Positions 15,006 through 23,162 of a DNA stretch of 32,000 bases are shown here, one piece after another (the stretch's first letter is position 1; the number at the start of each line of letters is the position of its first letter). Both the position numbers and the translations under genes were made by a program. Source of the DNA: Gemmata obscuriglobus (GTDB taxonomy: Bacteria; Planctomycetota; Planctomycetia; Gemmatales; Gemmataceae); assembly GCF_008065095.1 (NCBI RefSeq), contig NZ_CP042911.1, forward strand, positions 330,001 to 362,000, given 5' to 3'. A model generated the notes under the pieces. It was given only the letters and a program-made list of their open reading frames with translations. It was not told the DNA's origin and did no database searches.

Positions 15006-15130
15006 TTAGTAATTCGGAACGCGCAATTCGGAATGCGGAGTGAAGCAAGGCCCCCGCCGACTAAAGCCGTCGCTTCAGTCGGCTTAGTTTTCTGTGTTCA
15101 TTCCGAATTCCGCGTTCCGAACTACTAATC
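15004..15130. repeat. Imperfect palindrome (32-nt arms, 2 mismatches, 63-nt spacer) spanning both stop codons of convergent genes
   Basis: GATTAGTAATTCGGAACGCGCAATTCGGAATG (15004-15035) pairs with the reverse complement of 15099-15130 (GATTAGTAGTTCGGAACGCGGAATTCGGAATG). Each arm contains AATTCGGAA twice, and the spacer has its own imperfect hairpin. Confidence 0.75.
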
Positions 15131-16000
15131 GCGGACCGGGTTCTTGTCGCTCAGCTCGACCTTCGTGGTCGCCTTCTGGTCGATCTCCGCATCCACCTGC
15201 TGGTTCATCACCTCGATCGTCATCGTGCCCTTCAGCTTCATGGACGTGGACGACGATTTGAGGCGGCCCGCCTTCAGGTCGAACAGGATGGTGCCCTTCA
15301 CTTCGTCGCTCTTGATGTCGGCGCTCACGACCTTGAACGGCAGCGCGTCGCCGCCCTCGCCCGTTTTGAACGTCACGTCGCCGGTCGTCTTCAGGGTCGC
15401 CACGTCGCCCGACACGCCGTCGAGGGCGAACTGCGTCTTGTTGGTCAGCTCGCCCAGGCCCGCCAGCGGCACCTTGTCGGTCCGGCTCCACTTGTCGCCG
15501 ACGGCTGCCTTTTCTTTCGGCGAGCCGACGAACACCTGGCTGAACATGAGCTTCACGGCGGTCTCGGGCATCACCGCCTGGAACACCTTCTTCATCCCGT
15601 CGTCGCCGTCGCTGAGCTGGTTGAGGAACTTGTCGTAGCCTTCGAGCTTCTTCAGCTCGAAGCCCTTATCGAAGGTCGCGGTGAGGCTGGCGCCCTTGAA
15701 CCGGTCGGTGAGCCCGCCGCCGTTCCCGAGCGCGCCGTCCATCGTCATCTTCGTGTAGGTCATCTTCACCTCGAACCCGCCCCCTTTGACCGATTTGGCC
15801 TCGAACTTCGCCACCGTCGTGGTGGTCATCTTCTGGTTCACCGTCTGGCCCATCACCTTGATGGCCTGGTCGATCTCCTGTGTGGTGGTGGCGTAGAACG
15901 AGTCGCCCTCTTTGAGGGACCACTTGAGGCTCACGGGGTCAGCCGCCGTGGTCGGTGCGACCAGCAGAACCAGGGCGACAAAGGCGGACGCGGTGCGCAT
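15125..16000 (-). CDS. Secreted hypothetical protein (beta-rich)
   Basis: The signal peptide is MRTASAFVALVLLVAPTTAADP. The body is Thr/Lys/Val-rich alternating sequence with normal high-GC3 codon usage. I cannot name a family with confidence. Confidence 0.7.
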   Translation of the reverse strand: MRTASAFVALVLLVAPTTAADPVSLKWSLKEGDSFYATTTQEIDQAIKVMGQTVNQKMTTTTVAKFEAKSVKGGGFEVKMTYTKMTMDGALGNGGGLTDRFKGASLTATFDKGFELKKLEGYDKFLNQLSDGDDGMKKVFQAVMPETAVKLMFSQVFVGSPKEKAAVGDKWSRTDKVPLAGLGELTNKTQFALDGVSGDVATLKTTGDVTFKTGEGGDALPFKVVSADIKSDEVKGTILFDLKAGRLKSSSTSMKLKGTMTIEVMNQQVDAEIDQKATTKVELSDKNPVRD

Positions 16001-16303
16001 GACGGTCTACTCCGGGCGAAACGAAGCGGCACCGACCACTTTACCCGTGGCCCGGCGCGTGCGGCAAGCGCCGACCCGCGCGGCGCGTTCGTCGGGCGCT
16101 CGGGGCGGCCGCACACGCGCCCCCATCGCGACCCGCGCCGGCGCTGGAACGGGTTCACCACTGCGCCGCGGCGGCCACGGAGAACGGGAACGCGCTCCAA
16201 CTGTACGGCCCTTGGTGTGCCGTGTGCCCGGCGGCCGCCGCGGGGCGCTTGCTCCGCACCGGGCGCGTGACTACAACTCACACGCACCCCTCCGGAGCAT
16301 TTC

Positions 16304-17284
16304 ATGCCAATTACGAAAGAAACGATCGGCGTCGGGCTCATCGGCGCCGGCGACATCTCCGTTCTGCACGCCGCCGCGATCAAGAAGTGCCCCGGCGCCA
16401 AACTGGTCGGGCTGTGGAACCGCAACCAGGACCGGGCCAACCAGCGGGCCAAAGAGTTCGGCTGCAAGAACTACGCCTCGCCCGAGGAGCTCGTCGCCGA
16501 TCCCAACATCGACGCCGTCTTCGTGCTCACCAACCTCGAAACGCACCTGGAGTACACCGTCCAGTCGCTCGGGATGGGCAAGCACGTGCTGGTCGAGAAG
16601 CCGGTGGGCGTGACGGTCGCCGAGATCGAGCGCATGAAGGCGCTCGCCGGGGCCAAAGACCTGGTGTGCATGCCGGGGCACAACTACGTCTACGAAGGCG
16701 GCATGGTGCGCACCCGCGAGCTGGTGGACAACGGCGACCTGGGCAAGATCGTCTCGGCCTACGTCATGTACAACATCCACCACCCGGAAGACGTGGCGTC
16801 GCGGTACCCGGGCGTCGTCCGGCAGATCCTGACGCACCACTCGTACATCATGCTCTACCTGGTCGGCAAGCCGGTCGAGCTGTGCGCGATGAAGGCGACG
16901 CTGCACTACAAGGAGTACAAGGAAGAGGACATCGCGATGGTGCAGATGCGGCTGCACAACGGGGCGCTCGCGCACTTCTGCGCGAGCTTCGCGGCCGACG
17001 ACCACGCGGCCGACCCGTGGACGGTCATGGTGAAGGTGATCGGCACCGCGGGCAGCACCCGGTACAGCTACCGGGACCACGTCGAGATCAAGCCGGGGCT
17101 GGTCCACAGCCAGACCTACACGGCGTACCAGGGTTCCATCACCAACGAGGTGCGGCACTTCCTGATCGACTGCCTGCGGATGGGGCAGAAGCCGCTCAGC
17201 ACGCTCGACGACGCCATCACCGCGCAGAAGATGATTGAGGCCGCCGAGAAGAGCATCGCGGAAAAGAGCGTCGTGAGTTTGTAA
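16304..17284 (+). CDS. Gfo/Idh/MocA family oxidoreductase
   Basis: The N-terminal Rossmann stretch is IGVGLIGAGDISVLHAAAIKKCPGAKLVGLWNRN and the EKP motif is KHVLVEKPV. GGAG lies 7 nt upstream of the ATG. Confidence 0.9.
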   Translation: MPITKETIGVGLIGAGDISVLHAAAIKKCPGAKLVGLWNRNQDRANQRAKEFGCKNYASPEELVADPNIDAVFVLTNLETHLEYTVQSLGMGKHVLVEKPVGVTVAEIERMKALAGAKDLVCMPGHNYVYEGGMVRTRELVDNGDLGKIVSAYVMYNIHHPEDVASRYPGVVRQILTHHSYIMLYLVGKPVELCAMKATLHYKEYKEEDIAMVQMRLHNGALAHFCASFAADDHAADPWTVMVKVIGTAGSTRYSYRDHVEIKPGLVHSQTYTAYQGSITNEVRHFLIDCLRMGQKPLSTLDDAITAQKMIEAAEKSIAEKSVVSL

Positions 17285-17333
17285 TGCCTTTTTGCCCGCG
17301 CCGATCTGCGGGTGAACCTCTCCGGAGTTTCTC

Positions 17334-18266
17334 ATGGAACGTCGCCCGCTCGGCACAACGGGCCTCTCCGTGTCCGCCCTGGGGCTCGGCGGGGCCGCGT
17401 TCGGCCAGCAGTACGGGGCCGTGTCCGACGCGGAGATCACCGACTGCGTTCGCACCGCCATCGACGCCGGCGTGAACCTCATCGACACCGCCGCGTACTA
17501 CGGCCGGGGGGCGTCCGAAGAGTTCCTCGGCCGCGCGCTCGAAGGCGGCTGGCGCGAGAAGGTCTTCGTCTGTACGAAGGCCTGCCGGCTCGACCGGGCC
17601 GTGTTCGACTTCACCCCGGAAGGAACACGGAAGTGCGTGGAGGGGTCGCTCAAGCGGCTCCGCACCGAGTGCGTCGACGTTCTGCTGGCCCACGACATCG
17701 AGTTCGCGACCGATTACGAGTACGTGTTCAACGAGACGTACCGCACGCTCCATGACCTGAAAAAAGAAGGCAAGGCGCGGTTCATCGGGATGTCGTGCTA
17801 CCCGCTCGGGCTGCTAAAACAGGCCGCCGAGCGGTGCGCTCTTGATGTGGTCATCTCTTACGCGCACGGTCACCTGGCTGACACGACCCTGGTGACCAAG
17901 TTCCTGCCTGCCGCCGCGGCGCACGGGGTCGGGGTGATCAACGCCAGCCCGCTCGCGATGGGGCTGCTCACGAACCAGGGGCCGCAGCCGTGGTTCCCGG
18001 GACCGCCGGAACTGATCGCGACGTGCCAACGGGCCGCTGAGCTATGCCGCTCGCGTGGCACGGACATCGCGTTTCTGGGGATGCAGTTCGCGTTCGGGCT
18101 GAAGCAGGTGCCCTGTACGCTCACGGGGGCGGCGCGCCGGAGCGAGTTGGAGGTTAACCTGAAGGCGATGAGCACGCCGATCGACGAATCGCTCCTGGCC
18201 GAAGTGCTGGAGGTACTGGCGCCCGTGCGCGACCTGACGTGGAAATCGGGCAACTGGACGGGCTGA
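17334..18266 (+). CDS. Aldo/keto reductase
   Basis: The translation contains MERRPLGTTGLSVSALGLGGAAFG, VNLIDTAAYYGRGASEEFLGRAL, VDVLLAHD and INASPLAMGLL. It starts 49 nt after the previous gene, so the two are probably an operon. Confidence 0.9.
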   Translation: MERRPLGTTGLSVSALGLGGAAFGQQYGAVSDAEITDCVRTAIDAGVNLIDTAAYYGRGASEEFLGRALEGGWREKVFVCTKACRLDRAVFDFTPEGTRKCVEGSLKRLRTECVDVLLAHDIEFATDYEYVFNETYRTLHDLKKEGKARFIGMSCYPLGLLKQAAERCALDVVISYAHGHLADTTLVTKFLPAAAAHGVGVINASPLAMGLLTNQGPQPWFPGPPELIATCQRAAELCRSRGTDIAFLGMQFAFGLKQVPCTLTGAARRSELEVNLKAMSTPIDESLLAEVLEVLAPVRDLTWKSGNWTG

Positions 18267-18273
18267 GTTTTCC

Positions 18274-18393
18274 CCCTGGGACCGCGGCCGTCCCGGCCGC
18301 TTTGCTCCGCGAAGCGGATCGCATCAGCGCGTTTTGGCCAACCGTTTCTTCTGCCCAACAGCGAAAGCGGCCGGGACGGCCGCGGTCCCAGGG
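18274..18393. repeat. Perfect 30-nt inverted repeat with a 60-nt spacer between convergent genes
   Basis: CCCTGGGACCGCGGCCGTCCCGGCCGCTTT (18274-18303) is the exact reverse complement of 18364-18393. Confidence 0.75.
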
Positions 18394-18399
18394 AAAGAC

Positions 18400-18702
18400 T
18401 CAACCCTCGCGAATCTCAAGCGCCACCGCCCCGAGCGGCGCCTCCGACGCAACCACCAACGCCACTTCGTTGCGGGGCGCGAGCCGCGCGGTTATGTCTG
18501 CCGCGAACGAACCGGCAGTTGCGAGCGTACCCACCAGCACGCCGTTTACAGTCACTTCCCCCGATCCGGGAACGTGCTCGCACACGAGCCAAACGCGCTC
18601 GTTCGGGTCGAGCGTGCGGGGGCGTCCGAACTTTCGGGAGTGACGCACGGTGCCGTCCGCCGAGGCGACTTCCCACGGCGGGCCAAGACGAATTGTGTGC
18701 AT
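18400..18702 (-). CDS. Hypothetical 100-aa protein
   Basis: The translation is MHTIRLGPPWEV...RKFGRPRTLDPNERVWLVCEHVPGSGEVTVNGVLVG. Its composition is coding-like and it has no competing annotated frame. I cannot name a family. Confidence 0.55.
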   Translation of the reverse strand: MHTIRLGPPWEVASADGTVRHSRKFGRPRTLDPNERVWLVCEHVPGSGEVTVNGVLVGTLATAGSFAADITARLAPRNEVALVVASEAPLGAVALEIREG

Positions 18703-18732
18703 GGCTGATTTGAAGGAGATGCAAGAAAGCCG

Positions 18733-18823
18733 TTTTGACAGGATTAACAGGATGGACAGGATGTGAAAGACAGTAAGCAGCTTTGCCTTTCACATCCTGT
18801 CCATCCTGTTAATCCTGTCAAAA
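18733..18823. repeat. Perfect 37-bp-arm palindrome with a 17-nt loop and lower GC than its surroundings
   Basis: TTTTGACAGGATTAACAGGATGGACAGGATGTGAAAG (18733-18769) is the exact reverse complement of 18787-18823. The arms are about 40% G+C by hand count. It lies 17 nt downstream of the TPR gene stop codon. Confidence 0.85.
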
Positions 18824-18839
18824 TGTTCTCCCACTTCGG

Positions 18840-20300
18840 TCACGCGGACTGCGTCCGATCGTGCCACTCGTCGAGCAGCTTGCCGATGTTCTTGAAGGCG
18901 AAGTCGAGGTTCGCCAGTTCGTGCCCCAGGTCCAGCGCGCGGGCCAGGTCGCCGTTCTCCGCGGCGCCGGTAGCGAGTTGGTACAGCAGCTCCTTTTTCA
19001 CCGGCTCCTCGGACTCGGGCACGCCGGTCAGCCCTTCCTCGAAGTTCCGCTGCGCGAGCCGCCAGTTGTTCCGTTTCTTGAAGCACAGCCCGAGGTACAG
19101 TGCGGCCCGCCACTTGAGGCGGTCGTCGCGCCGGGCCTGCTGAAGCTCGGCGATCGCCTCGTCGATCTGGTCCGCCTTTAGCAGCCGCGTCCCGAGTTCG
19201 ATGCGGTGGCCTGGCTCGTTGGGGAACCGGTCCGCCCGGACCCGGTACAGCTCGATCTCGCGCGACAGCACTTCCTTCTGGAGCTTCGCGCGGAGGGCGG
19301 CGAGTTCCGCCTCGGTCATCTCCTCGTCGGTTCCGGTGTCGGTGTCGTCGGCGGACCGGGCCTTCAGCTTCTTGAGCCGCGCGTCCGCGTGTTCGAGGTT
19401 CTTGCGCACCGGGGCGAGGTCGAGTTCCATGAGTTCCAGTTGGACCTGGAACGCGTTACCGGTCGGTCCGAGCCCCTGCTGGAGGACGGCCCGGGCGCGG
19501 TCCTCCTGGCCGCCGCGGCGGTACACCGCGGCCAGTTGCAGGTACAGGCTCGGCTCGGTCGGGTCGGCGGCGATGCGGGTCAGCAGCGGCCCGGCCTCGC
19601 GGGTCAGCCGGTCCGCCTTCTCGGTCGCGCGCGACTCGATCCGCCCCACCACCGGCGACTCCTTCGTGCCGGCCGCGGCCTGCTCGTAACCGCCCTTCTG
19701 GATCGTGGCGTTGGCGGCGAGGTCCTTCGCCTTGTGCTGCGCTTCCACGTCGCTCGGGCTGGCCTCGCGGACCAGTTGCCAGAGGATCATCGCCTTCTGG
19801 AAGTCGCCGCGCTTCTCGAACAGCCGCGCCAGGGCGCGGTTCAGGGTGGCGTCCTTGGGGTGCTTTTGGCGCGCCTGGTCGAGCGAGAACACCGCGAGGT
19901 CCGACAGCCCCAGCGCGTCGAACGCCTCGGCCATGTCCATCTGGGCGCCCAGGTCCCACGGGTTGCGGCACAGCACCTGCTCGCCGTGCTCCAGGGCCTT
20001 CAGGTACTCGCGGTTGCGCTTCGCGGTGCGGAGCTTGGCCTTCCACCGCGGGGTGGTGAGGAACGCGAACCGGCTGCCCCGCAGGTTGTCTCCGTATTTG
20101 GCCTTCTGCGTCTCGCGGAGCTGCTTCCGGTAGTGGAAGTTGGCCGGGTCGAGCTTGCAGCAGGTGAGCAGCAACTGGATGGCGTAGTCGTATCCGCCCT
20201 CCGCGAGCAGCTCCTTGGCCTTGGCGAAACTCTGGACCGCGATGCGCTTCTGCTCGGCGTTGGGCGCCGGGACCGGACTCGCGGACGGTTGTTCGGGCAT
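18840..20300 (-). CDS. TPR-repeat protein
   Basis: The body is repeated Ala/Leu/Tyr-rich helical pairs, such as AKELLAEGGYDYAIQLLLTCCKLDP, FEKRGDFQKAMILWQ, YLGLCFKKRNNWRLAQRNFEE and AENGDLARALD. I chose the ATG at 20300 (GAGAAGG upstream); the ATG at 20360 is an alternative. The track start at 20603 was rejected. Confidence 0.8.
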   Translation of the reverse strand: MPEQPSASPVPAPNAEQKRIAVQSFAKAKELLAEGGYDYAIQLLLTCCKLDPANFHYRKQLRETQKAKYGDNLRGSRFAFLTTPRWKAKLRTAKRNREYLKALEHGEQVLCRNPWDLGAQMDMAEAFDALGLSDLAVFSLDQARQKHPKDATLNRALARLFEKRGDFQKAMILWQLVREASPSDVEAQHKAKDLAANATIQKGGYEQAAAGTKESPVVGRIESRATEKADRLTREAGPLLTRIAADPTEPSLYLQLAAVYRRGGQEDRARAVLQQGLGPTGNAFQVQLELMELDLAPVRKNLEHADARLKKLKARSADDTDTGTDEEMTEAELAALRAKLQKEVLSREIELYRVRADRFPNEPGHRIELGTRLLKADQIDEAIAELQQARRDDRLKWRAALYLGLCFKKRNNWRLAQRNFEEGLTGVPESEEPVKKELLYQLATGAAENGDLARALDLGHELANLDFAFKNIGKLLDEWHDRTQSA

Positions 20301-20396
20301 GGCGCTGGCCTTCTCGTGCGTAGCGGCGGCACCGCGCAGGGTCTGGGAACCGCGTACCATGATGTTGTACCACAAAGGAGAGGGGGAAACTGCGCC

Positions 20397-21392
20397 TTGG
20401 AAACGAGCGTTCTGAAAGTCGACCCGACGAACCCCGAATCCGACGTGATCGGCCGCGCCGCGGCGGTCGTCCGCTCGGGCGGCCTCGTTGCTTTTCCCAC
20501 CGAAACGGTGTACGGCCTCGGCGCGAACGGGCTGAGCGCCGCGGCGGTCGCCGGGATCTTCGAGGCGAAGGGGCGCCCGTCCACGAACCCGCTGATCCTG
20601 CACGTTTCAGACGCGTCCGAGGTTCTAAACGTGGCCGCGGCGTGGCCCGCGACCGCGCAGACCCTTGCGGCCCGGTTCTGGCCGGGGCCGCTCACCCTCG
20701 TCGTTCCGAAGCGCGACAGCGTACCGAACATTGTAACCGCCGGCGGCCCGACTGTGGCGGTGCGGTGCCCGAATCACGCGGTCGCCCGCGCCTTGATCCG
20801 CGCGGCGGGCGTTCCACTGGCGGCCCCGAGCGCGAACCGGAGCACCGAACTTTCGCCGACGCGCGCCGAACACGTCCTGAAGGGCCTAAACGGGCGCATC
20901 GCGATCGTGTTGGATGGCGGCCCGTGTTCCGGCGGGTTGGAATCGACCGTGGTTGATGTGACGGGTGAAATCCCGCGCGTGTTGCGCCCGGGCCTCATCA
21001 CGGTTCCGATGCTCGAAGCGGTGTGCGGGCGCGTCGAGGTGGGAACAAAAAGCGAAGGCGTGGCCCGCGCCCCGGGTCAGATGGTGAAGCACTACAGCCC
21101 GCGCACGCCGCTGGTGCTGGTTGACAGAGCCGACGAGGCGGAACGGGCGCGTGCCGCTGCCAGCCGCCTCGGACTTCGGGCCGTGGTTGTCGGTTTCGAT
21201 TTACCTCTCACTGCGGCCTCGATGTACCGCGCGATGATGTTCGAGCCCGATCAGTATGCGGCCGACTTGTACGCGGTTCTGCACGAACTCGATAACGGCC
21301 GGTACGACCAGATCGTCGTCGAGATGCCCCCTGACACGCCAGAGTGGGCGGCCGTGCGCGACCGGCTCACCCGCGCCGCGGCGCGCGAGTGA
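20397..21392 (+). CDS. tsaC: L-threonylcarbamoyladenylate synthase, long Sua5/YwlC form (t6A biosynthesis)
   Basis: The YrdC-domain stretches are GGLVAFPTETVYGLGA, KGRPSTNPLILHV, FWPGPLTLV, AAPSANRS and LDGG.C..G.ESTVVD. A Sua5 C-terminal domain with KHYSPR follows. The start is TTG 20397, preceded by AGGAGAGG. The upstream part of the 728-aa track ORF is antisense to the TPR gene. Confidence 0.9.
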   Translation: METSVLKVDPTNPESDVIGRAAAVVRSGGLVAFPTETVYGLGANGLSAAAVAGIFEAKGRPSTNPLILHVSDASEVLNVAAAWPATAQTLAARFWPGPLTLVVPKRDSVPNIVTAGGPTVAVRCPNHAVARALIRAAGVPLAAPSANRSTELSPTRAEHVLKGLNGRIAIVLDGGPCSGGLESTVVDVTGEIPRVLRPGLITVPMLEAVCGRVEVGTKSEGVARAPGQMVKHYSPRTPLVLVDRADEAERARAAASRLGLRAVVVGFDLPLTAASMYRAMMFEPDQYAADLYAVLHELDNGRYDQIVVEMPPDTPEWAAVRDRLTRAAARE

Positions 21393-21538
21393 GCTCCGAT
21401 CCGGTTGATGTGAGTGGGGCATGTGCCCGGCGCCGCGGCGCGGCCCTCTGGGCCTCTTTAGACGCCAGCGGGTCGGTTCGGCTCCGCGGGGACTCGTGGC
21501 TCACTCCCGGCGCCGGCACTCCGCAACCGGACCCGGTG

Positions 21539-23158
21539 TCACTTCCCGTCCAGGTCCGCCTGCACCGCGTGCAGGATCTCCTTTGTGGCGTCGTTCTGCA
21601 CGAGGGCCACGAGCTTGAGGTTTTTCAGCGCGAGCGGCCGGGCGCCGCGCGGGAACGGGCTCTCCGACTTCGCGAAGTCGTCCAGGTACTTCACCAGCGA
21701 CGCCTTCACCGCCTCGGGGTCGATGGCCACCGCCTGCTCGTGGTCCTTCTTCGCCAGCGCGAACCCCTTCGCGCCGCCCGGCATCGCGCGCACCACCATG
21801 TGATGATACCGGATGCCGTTCCCGCCGGTGTACCGGACCCGCTCCTCCACGAGGGCGAACCGCAGCCGCACCTTCTCACCCGGGGCCTCCAGGTCCGACA
21901 CCTTCGCCTTGGCCTCGAAGGCCCCCTTCTCGCCCTTCGTCACCGCGAGCGACAGCTTCACACCCGCGGGCTTTTCGAGCAGGTCGTCCAGGGTCGTGCG
22001 GAACTGCTTGTAGAACTTCTCCGAGTCGGCCGCGGCGCCGCCGGAGGCGGTGCCGAGCTTCCCGCTGATGAACAGGGTGGGGGCGCCGCGGATCTGGTCG
22101 CCGTAGTACTCGGCGCGGTCCATCCCGTCCGGGCTGGTCAGCGGGTCCGGGCCGGGGACGTGGAAGTGGTACTGGAGCAGGACCACGTCCGCCGGCTTGT
22201 ACGCCTTCAGCAGCCCGTCGAACGCGAGGTCCACGCCCACGCACGGCGGGCACTCGGCCCCGGTGAACACCTCCACCACGGCCGCCCGGTCCGACTTCGC
22301 CTTTCGGCCGGCGAACGGCTCGGCCTTGAACGGCGGGCTGGTCTTCGAGTACTCGACGAAGTCGCGCAGCTCGAGCTTCGTCAGTTGCGCCTGGTACGTT
22401 TTGGCGTCGTCGGGCTTCCCGGCCTTCTGGAGCGTGCGCACCAGCGCCTCCAGCACCTCGATGCGGGCGGCGGCGGTGTCGTCGTCGGTGAGGAGCCGCT
22501 CGGCGCGCTTCGCCTGGGCCACCGCCAGGTCCGCGAGCCCGGCCTGGTCGGCGAGCAGTTCCACCGTGCGGAGCGTGACCTCGCGCTCCCACCGCGGGCC
22601 GAACAGCGCGGCCGACTTGTTCACCCGCTCCACCACCCCGCGCACCTCGCCCGCCGGCACCTTCTTGTCGGCCGCCTGCGCGAGCACCTGGAACGCGGCG
22701 TTGAACAGCTCGGGGCCGTCGTCGGTCTGGGCCAGCGCCTCGCGGGCCACCTCGAACGGGTCGGTGAGCTTCGCCAGCTTGGTCGGGTACAGGGTCGTCA
22801 GTTGCAGCCGGCCGCCGACCACCGACAGCGACCCGTTGAGCTTCTTCTTGTCCTTGGTCAGTTGGCCGTCGAAGTTGACGATCTCGCGGTCCGTGACGCC
22901 GAGCGTGAACGACACCCGGTCGCCGCTGACGCTCACCCCGGTGACGGCCGGCTTGATCTTCAGCTCGTCCGACGCGCCGAGGTACTCGGCGGTCCACTTC
23001 CCGTCCTTCTCGGCGAACGAGATCAGCATGGTGGTCTCCTCGCCGCGGGAGATGGGGAGCGTGAGCTTCCAGTTCCCGGCGGGCGGGGCCGGGTCGGCGC
23101 CGCGACCGAGGCCCGCCGCGCAGATCAGCGCGGCGAGGACGAGGAGTGTACGGGGCAT
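21539..23158 (-). CDS. Secreted thioredoxin-fold protein with a CPPC motif
   Basis: The signal peptide is MPRTLLVLAALICAAGLG. The central stretch AAVVEVFTGAECPPCVGVDLAF...VLLQYHFH is thioredoxin-like with a CxxC. The gene starts 4 nt after the upstream DegT-type gene stop codon, so the two are probably an operon. Confidence 0.75.
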   Translation of the reverse strand: MPRTLLVLAALICAAGLGRGADPAPPAGNWKLTLPISRGEETTMLISFAEKDGKWTAEYLGASDELKIKPAVTGVSVSGDRVSFTLGVTDREIVNFDGQLTKDKKKLNGSLSVVGGRLQLTTLYPTKLAKLTDPFEVAREALAQTDDGPELFNAAFQVLAQAADKKVPAGEVRGVVERVNKSAALFGPRWEREVTLRTVELLADQAGLADLAVAQAKRAERLLTDDDTAAARIEVLEALVRTLQKAGKPDDAKTYQAQLTKLELRDFVEYSKTSPPFKAEPFAGRKAKSDRAAVVEVFTGAECPPCVGVDLAFDGLLKAYKPADVVLLQYHFHVPGPDPLTSPDGMDRAEYYGDQIRGAPTLFISGKLGTASGGAAADSEKFYKQFRTTLDDLLEKPAGVKLSLAVTKGEKGAFEAKAKVSDLEAPGEKVRLRFALVEERVRYTGGNGIRYHHMVVRAMPGGAKGFALAKKDHEQAVAIDPEAVKASLVKYLDDFAKSESPFPRGARPLALKNLKLVALVQNDATKEILHAVQADLDGK

Positions 23159-23162
23159 GAGG

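Noticed and set aside
16271-17488. 405-aa minus-strand ORF
   Set aside because: It is antisense to the Gfo/Idh/MocA oxidoreductase gene and has no motifs.
10646-18823. Possibility that the large palindromes are CRISPR repeats or a single repeat family
   Set aside because: Each palindrome occurs once in the window. The four have different sequences, apart from one weak 16-17-nt resemblance. They are not regularly spaced, and no cas genes are present.
19206-20396. Upstream 397 codons of the 728-aa plus-strand ORF that contains Sua5/TsaC
   Set aside because: This part is antisense to the well-supported TPR gene and translates to Leu/Arg/Gly-rich sequence. Similarity to YrdC/Sua5 begins only after the TTG at 20397, which has a good SD.
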